Virus record (IMG/VR): IMGVR_UViG_3300022752_000038
Location: 1-64,000 of that record
DNA length: 64,000 bases
Direction: 5' to 3' (one strand)
Source: a virus
Shown piece after piece: positions 1 to 9,991 of this stretch. The translations under genes and the position numbers were made by a program. How positions within the stretch are numbered: the stretch's first letter is position 1; the number at the start of each line of letters is the position of its first letter. The notes beneath the pieces were generated by a model. That model was given only the letters and a program-made list of their open reading frames with translations. It did not search any database and was not told the origin of the DNA.

Positions 1-1017
1 GCTGGAGGCCATATGGCACATCCATTCGACATTCCAAGTGTAACAACCGGTAAAGATCTAGTTAAAGTATTTTTGCAATCAGCAAAGTATTTAAAAGACG
101 GTCCAGCATCCGTAAAAATCGACGGTGTCAATGCCAGTATACGTTTAGTTAATGTTAATAACAAATATCAGTTTGTAATGGACCGCGGATCTAGTAAGCC
201 ATTAGACGTTAAAGGAATTACTAAATCAGATTTAATTGACCGTTTTGGTACGGGTCATGGTATGGTAAAGGTAGGTGGACAGGTATTAGATATTTTTAAT
301 AAAGCTATACCTAACATTAAACCACAACTCAAAACATTGGGTATGCTAGATAATCCAAATATTATGTTTAATATTGAATATGTTGCTGGATCAACTAATG
401 TGTTATCATATAATAAAAACTTTTTAGCAATACACGGATTATTAGAAATTGAACAAGTAACACCGAAACGTAGATCTACAAAAGAAATTACATATAGCAA
501 GAAGGCACTTCAAGATTTATTGAACAATTTAGCCCCAACTGCACAAGAATATGGATATGAAGTACTAGGTTCTGTGCCGACAACTTTAGAATCAGATCCA
601 GATTTCCAATCAGTATTAAATACAAAATATACTATTACAGTTAACGGCAAATCTACAACTAAAAGTTTAAGTCAATGGTTAGCTAAAGCTGATAATGAAA
701 AAGACACATCTATTAAAACAGCAGATGGCAAAACCGTCGGGGCATTATCTAAACAAGTATTATTGGCAATTAGTAACGGTATTGATGTGGCTGAGTTTGT
801 AAAAGATCCTAAAGACGTACAAGCGGCCATTAATGGATACATATTTTATTTGGCTACAATGGAACTAGGCAATGCTGTATTAGAATCATTAAATTCGCCG
901 TTAGGTAAAGTAAGTGAACATGAAGGTATTGTAATACGTGATCCTAAAATATACAATAAACCCTTTAAAATTACTGGACGGTTTATTGTTAAAGGTCTAG
1001 AATCACAATTTCGATAA
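1..1017 (+). CDS. Hypothetical protein with ATP-dependent ligase/nucleotidyltransferase-like motifs; probably 5'-truncated by the window
   Basis: Frame is open from base 1 (AGGH-MAHPFD). KIDGVN resembles motif I KxDG, EGIVIR resembles motif IV, followed by KITG. Confidence 0.5.
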   Translation, partial: AGGHMAHPFDIPSVTTGKDLVKVFLQSAKYLKDGPASVKIDGVNASIRLVNVNNKYQFVMDRGSSKPLDVKGITKSDLIDRFGTGHGMVKVGGQVLDIFNKAIPNIKPQLKTLGMLDNPNIMFNIEYVAGSTNVLSYNKNFLAIHGLLEIEQVTPKRRSTKEITYSKKALQDLLNNLAPTAQEYGYEVLGSVPTTLESDPDFQSVLNTKYTITVNGKSTTKSLSQWLAKADNEKDTSIKTADGKTVGALSKQVLLAISNGIDVAEFVKDPKDVQAAINGYIFYLATMELGNAVLESLNSPLGKVSEHEGIVIRDPKIYNKPFKITGRFIVKGLESQFR

Positions 1018-1035
1018 GATAATCATAATATTTAG

Positions 1036-1043
1036 ATATTTAT
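1036..1043 (+). promoter_or_regulatory. Putative late promoter motif ATATTTAT
   Basis: One of 18 exact copies found at gene boundaries; followed by AAGGA and the ATG at 1062. Confidence 0.55.
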
Positions 1044-1061
1044 TAAAAACAAGGACTTTTA

Positions 1062-1655
1062 ATGAAAACTAACGAATTACGATCGTTGATACGTACTCAA
1101 ATCCTTAAAGAGTTTAGTAATGATACGTCATTTCTAGATAAAGTTGGCGGTTCTATACGTGCTAGACTAGGTACTGGTAAAGCTATGTTAGATCGTGCAC
1201 TAGGTATGATAGAGCCTGAAAAACTAGCCAAATTGCCCAGACAACAAAAAATTGATTTGTTAACGGCCTTAATATTACAATTTGGTATGGATAGCAGCGA
1301 CTTTAATGCTGTTAAATCACGTGTACAACGTGCATTGATAATGCAGGATAAACAAGATAGTATATCAGAACCATATACAGAAATTAAAGAATCTTCTGAC
1401 GCAGAACTAGAAAAAGCTTTAGGATTGCCAGTAACAGATCTGGGCGGAGCTACTGCAGTCAATTGGGCCGCAGATATGTTACAAGCTATTGCTAAACTAG
1501 ATGATATGAAAAAAGCTAAAGCATTAGGATGGATAATGTCCCAGGCCGGCATTGAGCCAGATGATATGGCTAGTTTAGCTGGCAAAATTAAAGCACAGGT
1601 AAGAAAACAAACACAGGCAACACAAACAAATGAGCAAAAAGTTACAAAACGTTAA
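1062..1655 (+). CDS. Hypothetical protein, possible head-internal protein
   Basis: 197 aa ORF with SD and promoter motif; N-terminus ELRSLIRTQILKE. Confidence 0.6.
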   Translation: MKTNELRSLIRTQILKEFSNDTSFLDKVGGSIRARLGTGKAMLDRALGMIEPEKLAKLPRQQKIDLLTALILQFGMDSSDFNAVKSRVQRALIMQDKQDSISEPYTEIKESSDAELEKALGLPVTDLGGATAVNWAADMLQAIAKLDDMKKAKALGWIMSQAGIEPDDMASLAGKIKAQVRKQTQATQTNEQKVTKR

Positions 1656-2235
1656 AGCAGTTAATGAGTTATTGACAGGTGTTCATCGCTCTCAAACGCG
1701 TAAAACAACTGGATATACAAAAACAAAATCCGATACTAAACATGATATCGGCGATATCTGGACAGAAATAGATCCAAAAACAGGTACTGTTTGGAGATAT
1801 GAACAAAAAGATGGATATCGTACACGTGTAGTAGATAATAGTATTCTGCAAAAAATACGAGCTATATTATCTGTGCCTAAAACATGTCCATGTTGCAACA
1901 AAGAAATGCGCGATGAAGAAAAACATTTAAATATTAAAATGTACTTTATACATAAAAAATGTTTTTCGTGTGTTGTTAGTGAAGAGACAAAAATTCGTAC
2001 ACAAGGTAAAGAGGCATGGGAAGAATATTCACGTAAACGTATGCTGTTAAATGCAGAGGCTTGGCTAAAAGATGCTGACCATGAAGTTGCTTTGTTACGT
2101 GAAACGCTCAAGTTGCAGTTTGTACAAGACGCTGATGGAAATTTAGAACAATGGAATCAAACAGCATTTTTTGAAAAATTTGATAAAGATTATCAAGAAA
2201 CTAGAGAACGTATACTTAACAATTTAAAAGGATAA
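1630..2235 (+). CDS. Hypothetical Zn-binding protein
   Basis: CPCC...HKKCFSC motif, 201 aa. Confidence 0.6.
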   Translation: MSKKLQNVKAVNELLTGVHRSQTRKTTGYTKTKSDTKHDIGDIWTEIDPKTGTVWRYEQKDGYRTRVVDNSILQKIRAILSVPKTCPCCNKEMRDEEKHLNIKMYFIHKKCFSCVVSEETKIRTQGKEAWEEYSRKRMLLNAEAWLKDADHEVALLRETLKLQFVQDADGNLEQWNQTAFFEKFDKDYQETRERILNNLKG

Positions 2236-2237
2236 AA

Positions 2238-2531
2238 ATGGCAAGGACAATAACAAAAATTTCTAAAGAACTAGAAGATGTTACTAGTACTATGAAAAAA
2301 ATGGCTAAGGAGTATGCTAAAGCTACCGGTACTGCTAAAGATAAGATTGTAGCACAACTAAAAAAATTAACTAAGGATAAGCAATCTCTAGAAAAAGAAT
2401 TGCAAAGTTCAGTAAATGAATTAGATAAAGACGTTGAGTTGCAAATAGATGAAGTACGTAAGCTTATCAAGAAAACTATAAAAGAAGAATTAGCTAACGT
2501 TAAAAAAACTAAATTACCTACAGGTTTATAA
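2238..2531 (+). CDS. Hypothetical coiled-coil protein
   Basis: 97 aa, Lys/Glu heptads, AAGGA SD. Confidence 0.6.
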   Translation: MARTITKISKELEDVTSTMKKMAKEYAKATGTAKDKIVAQLKKLTKDKQSLEKELQSSVNELDKDVELQIDEVRKLIKKTIKEELANVKKTKLPTGL

Positions 2532-2532
2532 T

Positions 2533-3303
2533 ATGGATATACAATTATCTCCGATCGCGCGTGATATAGTACTTAATCAGATAGCAAAACTAATAAAAGA
2601 ATCACTATCGGGGGAAGCTTCAGATATAAATTCAGATCTTCAGTCATTGTCAAATGAACTAAAAGCTGACGGCGAAGACGTTACTAATACCGAAGTTCAA
2701 GCTGCAATGTTAAGTGCATTGTTAGATGCGGATGGAGATATTGAGTCTGTTGATGTTTCTGATGTAGATGCTATAAAAACTGAAATACGAGAATCTAAAA
2801 ACTACGTATTAACTGAGGGAGGAGGTGTATTAGAAACATTGCACGTTGCTAGTGATATAATGGGTAATTCTGCATTTCTTCATGCATTGGCAAAAGCTAT
2901 ACATACCGTTACGGGTCAAGATGTAGACGAAAATAAACTTAAAGCTCGTATAAATAAAGTTGTAACTCGTATAAAAAAGTGGACAGGATTCCCGGCTATG
3001 GTTATAGAAAAAGCTTTTGCATGGATTGCTAAACAATTCGGAGCTGGCGAGTTTGGACAAAAAATAGCAGGATTATCCGGAGTATTAGTAGCGACAATTA
3101 CAATGTTGGTTATAGCCGTATATTTATTTCCGTCTATTACATCAGGCATTTTATTAGTACTTGCGATTACAGCTATGATAGGAAAAAGCATGGAAATTAT
3201 CGATACTGTAAAAAAGATTATAGCACTTGTCAAAGATAATGTAGATAAAATAGACCAAACAGTAAAGCCGTCTGGTGATTACAGTTCTTACGGTTCAGAA
3301 TAA
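2533..3303 (+). CDS. Hypothetical membrane protein
   Basis: Two C-terminal hydrophobic helices (LSGVLVATITMLVIAVYLF; GILLVLAITAMIG). Confidence 0.6.
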   Translation: MDIQLSPIARDIVLNQIAKLIKESLSGEASDINSDLQSLSNELKADGEDVTNTEVQAAMLSALLDADGDIESVDVSDVDAIKTEIRESKNYVLTEGGGVLETLHVASDIMGNSAFLHALAKAIHTVTGQDVDENKLKARINKVVTRIKKWTGFPAMVIEKAFAWIAKQFGAGEFGQKIAGLSGVLVATITMLVIAVYLFPSITSGILLVLAITAMIGKSMEIIDTVKKIIALVKDNVDKIDQTVKPSGDYSSYGSE

Positions 3304-3311
3304 AGGATAAC

Positions 3312-3857
3312 ATGAAACAATACAGTGTAGCAGAATTAAAAACAAAATTTAATGAACTAGGTTATAAATTTCCTAAATTTCATTTGGTAGGAATTCGTTC
3401 GACGGCTAACAAGCCAAATGAGTTTGATGATCTTATCGGAGTAGTTAGCGGTACTAAAGTAGCTTGGTATACAGGTACAACTAATCCTGGCACTCATTGG
3501 CTTAAAAATCTAATGAACCCTAAAGGCACTGCATTACTTAAGCCTGGACAATATATTGATTCGTGGAAGCTAGGATTGCACCGAGACCAATATAAAGCTT
3601 TGGTACAGTCTAAGCCGATTACAGTATTTCGTGACAAAGACTTAGATATAATTGCAGAAGAGACGGCTATTACAGATGTTGGACTTTTTGGTATCAATAT
3701 TCATAGAGCCAATCCTAATGCTATTAGCAAGTTTATAGATAAATGGTCAGCAGGATGTCAAGTACTCAATAATCCAGCTGACTTTAAAAAATTGATTGAA
3801 GCGTGTGAAGCTAGTAATTTAGCTGCGTTTACATATACATTAGTAAAAGAATTTTAA
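3312..3857 (+). CDS. Putative endolysin, L,D-transpeptidase (YkuD)-like fold
   Basis: GINIHRA...WSAGCQV matches the His...SxGC catalytic motif; precedes holin- and spanin-like genes. Confidence 0.6.
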   Translation: MKQYSVAELKTKFNELGYKFPKFHLVGIRSTANKPNEFDDLIGVVSGTKVAWYTGTTNPGTHWLKNLMNPKGTALLKPGQYIDSWKLGLHRDQYKALVQSKPITVFRDKDLDIIAEETAITDVGLFGINIHRANPNAISKFIDKWSAGCQVLNNPADFKKLIEACEASNLAAFTYTLVKEF

Positions 3858-4123
3858 TGGTTAAAAAATCTAAATATTGGATTGATAAAGTAGTATCGAG
3901 TAACAGCGGCGTGTCATCGAAACGTGTTGCTGGTATTTTTACATTGGCAAATATAATCGTGTTTTGTTATGTTGCGTTGTTATGTAATATAGAGTTACCT
4001 GAATATATGTTTGATGCGATTTGTTTGTTAGCTGGAAGTTTATTAGGTATTACTACAGTTGAAAATATATTCAAGAAGCCACCGACAAATACTAATAACA
4101 CAACAAATGAATCAGGACAATAA
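3857..4123 (+). CDS. Putative holin
   Basis: 88 aa with two TM helices after SSKR; overlaps the endolysin stop. Confidence 0.5.
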   Translation: MVKKSKYWIDKVVSSNSGVSSKRVAGIFTLANIIVFCYVALLCNIELPEYMFDAICLLAGSLLGITTVENIFKKPPTNTNNTTNESGQ

Positions 4124-4125
4124 CA

Positions 4126-4533
4126 ATGAATTTTTTAAAAAAATATTGGTACTATATAGTAATGTTGGCCATGCTAGTACTAATAGTGCTTTTATATAAA
4201 AAGCCGGCAGTAGTAGTTGAGGTAAAAGATACTAAGGCAATTGAGCGTTTAAGACGTTCGGTAGATAGTTTAACAAAGGCTAACATTGTACTACAACATT
4301 TTTACGACAGTCGACAAACAGCTGTAATCGATAACACAATTAAAAAAAATAAACAAGATGCAAAAAAAATTATTAACATTCCTATTCTCAATGATCCTCA
4401 GCGTGACAGTATGTGGACAGTCATTAATACCCGTCAGGATAGTATACCGTGGGGATACTGGAATATTCTTAAGCAAAAAACAGGAGGACGACCTGTTAAA
4501 GAACTTGCTATACAAGGAGATCTACAAGACTAA
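4126..4533 (+). CDS. Putative inner-membrane spanin-like protein
   Basis: N-terminal TM helix followed by a coiled coil; in the lysis cassette. Confidence 0.45.
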   Translation: MNFLKKYWYYIVMLAMLVLIVLLYKKPAVVVEVKDTKAIERLRRSVDSLTKANIVLQHFYDSRQTAVIDNTIKKNKQDAKKIINIPILNDPQRDSMWTVINTRQDSIPWGYWNILKQKTGGRPVKELAIQGDLQD

Positions 4534-4804
4534 TTTAGATTCAATGTTTGTATACGCAGACAATTGTACGGAAGCATTAATGCTTTCACGTACTGCATTT
4601 TTTGCTTTATATAACAATTATCATGCATTAGAACTTGAAGCTGAAAATTGGAGAGATCAGTATACTGCATGTGATATAGCTTTAACAGAGACGCGTGCTG
4701 ATTTAATTAAACAACAAGAACGTAAAGTTTTTTGGAGACGACTTGCTATAGGCGAAGGTTTAGGTATTGCTGCTACAATATTAGTCGTACTTAAATTCTT
4801 TTAA
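4358..4804 (+). CDS. Putative spanin-like secreted or lipoprotein, overlapping the previous gene
   Basis: Signal peptide ending VTVC-GQ, coiled coil and C-terminal TM; 176 nt out-of-frame overlap. Confidence 0.45.
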   Translation: MQKKLLTFLFSMILSVTVCGQSLIPVRIVYRGDTGIFLSKKQEDDLLKNLLYKEIYKTNLDSMFVYADNCTEALMLSRTAFFALYNNYHALELEAENWRDQYTACDIALTETRADLIKQQERKVFWRRLAIGEGLGIAATILVVLKFF

Positions 4805-4817
4805 AAAAAGATAGTTT

Positions 4818-6395
4818 ATGCAACAAGTACCGTTAAAAACAATAATTGCAGAAGAATATAAACGCTGTGCTACAGATCCTGTACACTTCATGAAAAAATA
4901 CTGCGTTATCCAACATCCTACCAAAGGAAAAATTTATTTTCATTTATATCCATTCCAAGAAGAAACATTACGCAATTTACAAAACAATAGATATTCTATT
5001 ATTTTAAAGTCTAGACAGTTAGGGATATCTACATTATCCGCCGGATTTGCGTTATGGAACATGTTATTCAAGCCAGACTTTAATATATTAGTTATAGCGA
5101 CGACTCAAGATGTAGCTAAAAATTTAGTTACTAAAGTACGTGTTATGCACGAAAATTTGCCGATCTGGTTAAAAGGAAAATCTACCGAAGATAATAAATT
5201 ATCATTGCGATTTAAAAACGGATCGCAAATTAAAGCAGTATCTAGTACGGGCACATCTGGACGATCTGAAGCATTATCACTACTAATTGTTGATGAGGCC
5301 GCATTTATACGTAATATAGATGAACTATGGAATTCGGCTCAACAAACATTGGCAACTGGTGGTGGTTGTATAGCACTTTCAACACCTAATGGTACCGGTA
5401 ATTGGTTTCATCAAGTATGGGTAGATGCCGAATCTGGTGGACAGTTTAAACCAATTAAACTACACTGGACGGTACATCCTGAACGTAACGAGTCGTGGCG
5501 TATTGAACAAACAGAACTACTAGGAGAAAAGGGCGCAGCACAAGAATGTGATTGCGATTTTATAACATCAGGACATACTGTTATTGATGGGCCAATATTG
5601 CAATGGTATGATCAGACATATATCAAAGATCCTTTAGAACGAAGAGGGTTCGACGGTAACTATTGGATATGGGAATATGCTGACTATTCAAAAAATTATG
5701 CAGTAATAGCTGACGTTGCTCGTGGTGATGGTAGTGATTATTCCGCCTTCCATGTTATTGATATAGATAATTTAGTGCAAGTTGCTGAATATCGTGGTAA
5801 AATAGGAACTACTGAATACGGTAATATGTTAATGTCAGTAGCTACAGATTATAACAATGCATTACTAGTAATAGAAAATGCTAACGTAGGATGGGCAGTT
5901 ATACAAGTTGTTATTGACCGTGGATACAGTAACTTGTATTATTCATATAAACAAGATGCTTATATTGACGAAAATATTCATTTAACAAAAGGATATGATT
6001 TAAAAAATAAATCGGATATGGTTCCGGGGTTTTCTACTACATCAAAAACTCGTCCGTTAACTATATCAAAATTAGAAACATATTTACGAGAAAAATCTCC
6101 GGTAATACGTAGTAAACGATTAATTGATGAATTACTAGTGTTTATTTGGAATGGTTCACGTGCTGAAGCACAGCGAGGATATAATGATGACTTAGTTATG
6201 TCGTTTGCAATTGGATTATGGATTCGTGATACTGCACTTCGTTTAAAGCAACAAGGCATGGATTTGTCTCGTAAAACACTTAGTCATTTTAGTAAATCTA
6301 ATAACCAAGGTGTATATACAATTAAATCTACGCAACATGATTCATGGGCATGGAAAACACCCGGCGGTAATGAAAGTTTAACCTGGTTACGCTAA
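4818..6395 (+). CDS. terL: Terminase large subunit (T4 gp17-like)
   Basis: HLYPFQ Q-motif, KSRQLGIS Walker A variant, LLIVDEAAF Walker B, STPNG, nuclease DVARG...DYSAF...DDLVMS. Confidence 0.95.
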   Translation: MQQVPLKTIIAEEYKRCATDPVHFMKKYCVIQHPTKGKIYFHLYPFQEETLRNLQNNRYSIILKSRQLGISTLSAGFALWNMLFKPDFNILVIATTQDVAKNLVTKVRVMHENLPIWLKGKSTEDNKLSLRFKNGSQIKAVSSTGTSGRSEALSLLIVDEAAFIRNIDELWNSAQQTLATGGGCIALSTPNGTGNWFHQVWVDAESGGQFKPIKLHWTVHPERNESWRIEQTELLGEKGAAQECDCDFITSGHTVIDGPILQWYDQTYIKDPLERRGFDGNYWIWEYADYSKNYAVIADVARGDGSDYSAFHVIDIDNLVQVAEYRGKIGTTEYGNMLMSVATDYNNALLVIENANVGWAVIQVVIDRGYSNLYYSYKQDAYIDENIHLTKGYDLKNKSDMVPGFSTTSKTRPLTISKLETYLREKSPVIRSKRLIDELLVFIWNGSRAEAQRGYNDDLVMSFAIGLWIRDTALRLKQQGMDLSRKTLSHFSKSNNQGVYTIKSTQHDSWAWKTPGGNESLTWLR

Positions 6396-6407
6396 TATTT
6401 ATAAATA
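6395..6407 (+). promoter_or_regulatory. Putative late promoter (ATATTTATAAATA)
   Basis: ATATTTAT copy that also contains the T4 late consensus TATAAATA; upstream of the portal gene. Confidence 0.55.
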
Positions 6408-6416
6408 AATACATTC

Positions 6417-8297
6417 ATGGCAGATACTTCATTACAAGCCAGATTAAAAAGGCTATTTTCTACTAACGTAATTGTACGGCGTATTGCAAAAAATCGATTA
6501 AAGGCCGTAGACACGAACAGATTACAATCCGTAGGAGCTCTTTCTAGCAATAGTTATATCGATAGATTTACCGGACTACATCGCGGTCAGTCTGGTATGG
6601 GTACTTATAATCAAACATACAATTTTCATTCTTCTAAATTAGAATTGTTTACTGATTATGAAGCTATGGATATGGATCCAATTATTTCATCGGCATTGGA
6701 TATATACGCAGACGAATCTACAGTAAAAAATTCAGAGGGTGATACATTAAGTATAACTACTACAAATGATGAAGTACGTAAAGTATTGTATAATTTGTTT
6801 TACGATATTTTAAATATTGATTATAATTTATGGCCATGGGTACGTAACGCTTGTAAGTATGGTGATTTCTTTTTACATTTAGATATTGAAGAAGAACTAG
6901 GTATAATTAATGTAACGCCGTTATCAGCATACGAAGTACGTCGTGAAGACGGATATGACCCAGAAAATCCATACGCATATCGTTTTGTAATTGAAGGTCC
7001 TAACGGTACATATGCCAATTATGCTGGCAAGCCTAGTCGCAATGAATTTGAAAGTTTTCAAATAGCACATTTTCGTTTATTATCAGATACTAACTTTTTA
7101 CCGTATGGTAAATCGATGATCGAATCGGCACGTAAGTTGTTCAAGCAAATTACATTAATGGAAGATGCGATGCTTATACAACGTATAATGCGCGCCCCAG
7201 AACGTCGTGTATTTAAGATTGATGTAGGTAATATTCCACCTCATGAAGTAGATACATATATGAATCAAATCATAAGTAAAATGAAAAAGATTCCATATAT
7301 GGATGAACAAACCGGTAACTATAATCTTAAGTTTAATTTACAGAATATGCTTGAAGATTATTATTTGCCAGTACGTGGCGGAGAATCTGGGACATCAATT
7401 GATACTTTAGCTGGATTAGGTAATGAAGGTCAAATTGAAGACGTTGAGTATCTGCGTAACAAACTACATGCAGCACTTAAGGTACCTAAAGCATTTTTAG
7501 GATATGATGAAGGCGTCGAAGGTAAAGCTACACTTGCAGCAGAAGATGTACGGTTTGCCCGTACTATTGAACGTGTACAAAAAATATTTGTGTCTGAATT
7601 AACAAAGATTGCTATTGTACATTTATATGCACAAGGATTTCGTGATGAAGATCTAGTTAGTTTTTCATTAGAACTAAATAATCCATCATTAATTTACGAA
7701 AAACAACAAATCGAATCATTGACAAGTAAAGTCGAATTAGCTACAAAATTACGTGAATCACAAATGTTTTCAGAACAATGGGTCTATGAAAATATATTCG
7801 GTATGAGCGAATATGAATGGAAGTCTCAGCAAGACAATGTAATCGAAGATCTTAAAACCATGTTCCGTCGTAAACAGATTGCAGATGAAGGCAATGATCC
7901 TAAAAAGACAAATATGAGTTTTGGTACACCTCATGACATAGCTTCAATGCACGTAGCTACTAAAGGAGAATTATTACCAGGAATGGAACAAGAGCATGTA
8001 GCAGGGCCAGGACGACCTAAAGATATAAGTACTTGGGGTAAGCATTCTAGCCCACATGGACGAGACCCGTTAGGTATTAAAGACTTGTCAGCTACATTTA
8101 ACGGAAACCCAAAAACAAATCCTTTACAGCATACATATCGGGGAGGCTCACCTTTAAGTACAGAATCTATAGATTCTAAAGAATTGATACGATCATTATC
8201 ACATAAATTTAGCATTAAAAATTCTAACGTTTTACATGAATCATTAAATACGTCACGGGACGCTGGTACAATGTTAGATGAATCTAATTTATTATAA
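6417..8297 (+). CDS. gp20: Portal protein (T4 gp20-like)
   Basis: LMEDAMLIQRIMRAPERRVFKIDVGN, MLEDYYLP and ALKVPKAFL are gp20 motifs. Confidence 0.95.
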   Translation: MADTSLQARLKRLFSTNVIVRRIAKNRLKAVDTNRLQSVGALSSNSYIDRFTGLHRGQSGMGTYNQTYNFHSSKLELFTDYEAMDMDPIISSALDIYADESTVKNSEGDTLSITTTNDEVRKVLYNLFYDILNIDYNLWPWVRNACKYGDFFLHLDIEEELGIINVTPLSAYEVRREDGYDPENPYAYRFVIEGPNGTYANYAGKPSRNEFESFQIAHFRLLSDTNFLPYGKSMIESARKLFKQITLMEDAMLIQRIMRAPERRVFKIDVGNIPPHEVDTYMNQIISKMKKIPYMDEQTGNYNLKFNLQNMLEDYYLPVRGGESGTSIDTLAGLGNEGQIEDVEYLRNKLHAALKVPKAFLGYDEGVEGKATLAAEDVRFARTIERVQKIFVSELTKIAIVHLYAQGFRDEDLVSFSLELNNPSLIYEKQQIESLTSKVELATKLRESQMFSEQWVYENIFGMSEYEWKSQQDNVIEDLKTMFRRKQIADEGNDPKKTNMSFGTPHDIASMHVATKGELLPGMEQEHVAGPGRPKDISTWGKHSSPHGRDPLGIKDLSATFNGNPKTNPLQHTYRGGSPLSTESIDSKELIRSLSHKFSIKNSNVLHESLNTSRDAGTMLDESNLL

Positions 8298-8357
8298 TGA
8301 ATTTTGGTATCATATATATATTTATTAAAAAGGCGTGTAGTAAAATGGACGTAATTT

Positions 8358-9203
8358 ATGAGTAAAATTAAACATTCAAAAGTAAAAAATACCGGTTTAA
8401 TTTTCGAGTTACTCGTACGTCAAATAGCAGCAGATACAATGAACGGTTCACAGTCAAAAGCTCTACATATAATTAAAAGACATTTTAATAGTAAGAGCGA
8501 ATTAAACAAAGAACTTAAACTATATCGTGCGTTACATGAAGAAAAATTTAACATAGAAAGTAAAGCATCGGCATTTTTAGACGCCGTGATGCGTACTAGA
8601 AAGTCAGTTAATGAAAATACACTTAAGCGTGAAAAGTTTAATCTGATTAAAGATATACGATCATCGTATGATATAGAAGATTTTTTTAATGCGCGTATTA
8701 CTAACTACAAAGTACATGCCAGTATATATAAATTATTCGAATTTGCAGAAGCCGATGATCCTAAAGAGTATGTCAATACTAAATTTAGTTTGTTAGAACA
8801 TATACGTACGTCAATTAAAAAAACAGAACAGACAAAATCATTGTTAGAATCTGAACATAAAGATATTCGTATTTTAGCTTCTAAACTAGTAGTTGATAAG
8901 TTTAATGAAAAATATTCATCACGATTAACGGCAGAACAAAAGTCGTTATTACGTGAATATGTTAATACTGTAACCAACTCTCCGTCATTAAAAGAATATG
9001 TATCTAAGCAAACTAAACAAGTAGCCAAGCGTATTGCTGAATTACAAGATACATTGCCAAGTAAAATTATACGTATTAAATTAACAGAAGTGGTTAATTT
9101 GTTAGATAAATTAAATAAGAAGCATGTTATTGAAGATAAAGATATTTTGACAATGCTTCGTTATTATGAATTGATTGACGAATTAAAAAAAGTTGGGCAA
9201 TAA
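8358..9203 (+). CDS. Hypothetical protein between portal and protease (possible prohead core component)
   Basis: 281 aa helical ORF; ATATTTAT at 8318; synteny with head genes. Confidence 0.55.
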   Translation: MSKIKHSKVKNTGLIFELLVRQIAADTMNGSQSKALHIIKRHFNSKSELNKELKLYRALHEEKFNIESKASAFLDAVMRTRKSVNENTLKREKFNLIKDIRSSYDIEDFFNARITNYKVHASIYKLFEFAEADDPKEYVNTKFSLLEHIRTSIKKTEQTKSLLESEHKDIRILASKLVVDKFNEKYSSRLTAEQKSLLREYVNTVTNSPSLKEYVSKQTKQVAKRIAELQDTLPSKIIRIKLTEVVNLLDKLNKKHVIEDKDILTMLRYYELIDELKKVGQ

Positions 9204-9836
9204 ATGAGCTTATCTAAAGACATAAAAAATAGTATGCGTCGTTTGAACGAGTCTGTTGATCGCGTTTCTGACGAAGAAGCTAAATCTAAATTCAAAGATT
9301 TAAAAGATCGTGATTTAGATAACGATGGCGATTCTGATTCTTCTGATAAGTATTTACATACGCGTTTAAGTAAAGTTGCTAAGATGGATGAGGAAGAACT
9401 TGACGAAATGTCGACAACTGCAGGAGTGCCTGGCTATCAAACTCCGTACGCATTTGGCGATGCTGAAGAAGATACTTATAGCCAAGGTGGCATGAAGCGC
9501 GTTAAAAAAACTAACAAAATATTTAAGCCTATGGAACAGCGTTCGTCGTATAAAAAGATGATGTCAGAAATGTACGGTATTCAAAACGAAGCAGTATCAT
9601 ATCGTCAATATAAAAAAGACGAATCGGCTACTCCATCACAAAAAGTTAACAAAGGTATAATGGAAGTTAACCGTATGTTAGCAGAAATTGAAAAAGTTGT
9701 TCATAACAATCTACGTTTAAAAAATGAAATGGGAGTTGATTCTGCATCATTTTGGAAACAGACATCGGCTCGTATTAATAAAATAAATGAACGTATTGTT
9801 AGAATATCTAATAAATTAAAAGAGCTTTCAAAATAA
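9204..9836 (+). CDS. Hypothetical head-associated protein
   Basis: 210 aa; DLDNDGDSDSSD acidic loop and C-terminal coiled coil. Confidence 0.55.
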   Translation: MSLSKDIKNSMRRLNESVDRVSDEEAKSKFKDLKDRDLDNDGDSDSSDKYLHTRLSKVAKMDEEELDEMSTTAGVPGYQTPYAFGDAEEDTYSQGGMKRVKKTNKIFKPMEQRSSYKKMMSEMYGIQNEAVSYRQYKKDESATPSQKVNKGIMEVNRMLAEIEKVVHNNLRLKNEMGVDSASFWKQTSARINKINERIVRISNKLKELSK

Positions 9837-9991
9837 TGGTACCTAATAGAACGTGGCAACAATTTGTTAACGCCAAGGAAAATACATCGTTGACATTGAA
9901 CGAAGCTAAGCGCAAATATGCTGATGAGCGTAAGCGTTGGCAAATGGAACAGGATTTTATTAATTCTGGTTTATTTATGAAAGGATTATAA
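9836..9991 (+). CDS. Small hypothetical protein (51 aa, not in the ORF track)
   Basis: MVPNRTWQQF...FMKGL; TAATG stop/start overlaps at both ends fill the gap exactly. Confidence 0.6.
   Translation: MVPNRTWQQFVNAKENTSLTLNEAKRKYADERKRWQMEQDFINSGLFMKGL

Noticed and set aside
4341-4372. A-runs suggesting a frameshift between the two spanin-like ORFs
   Set aside because: The second ORF has its own ATG and signal peptide, and overlap is normal for spanin pairs.
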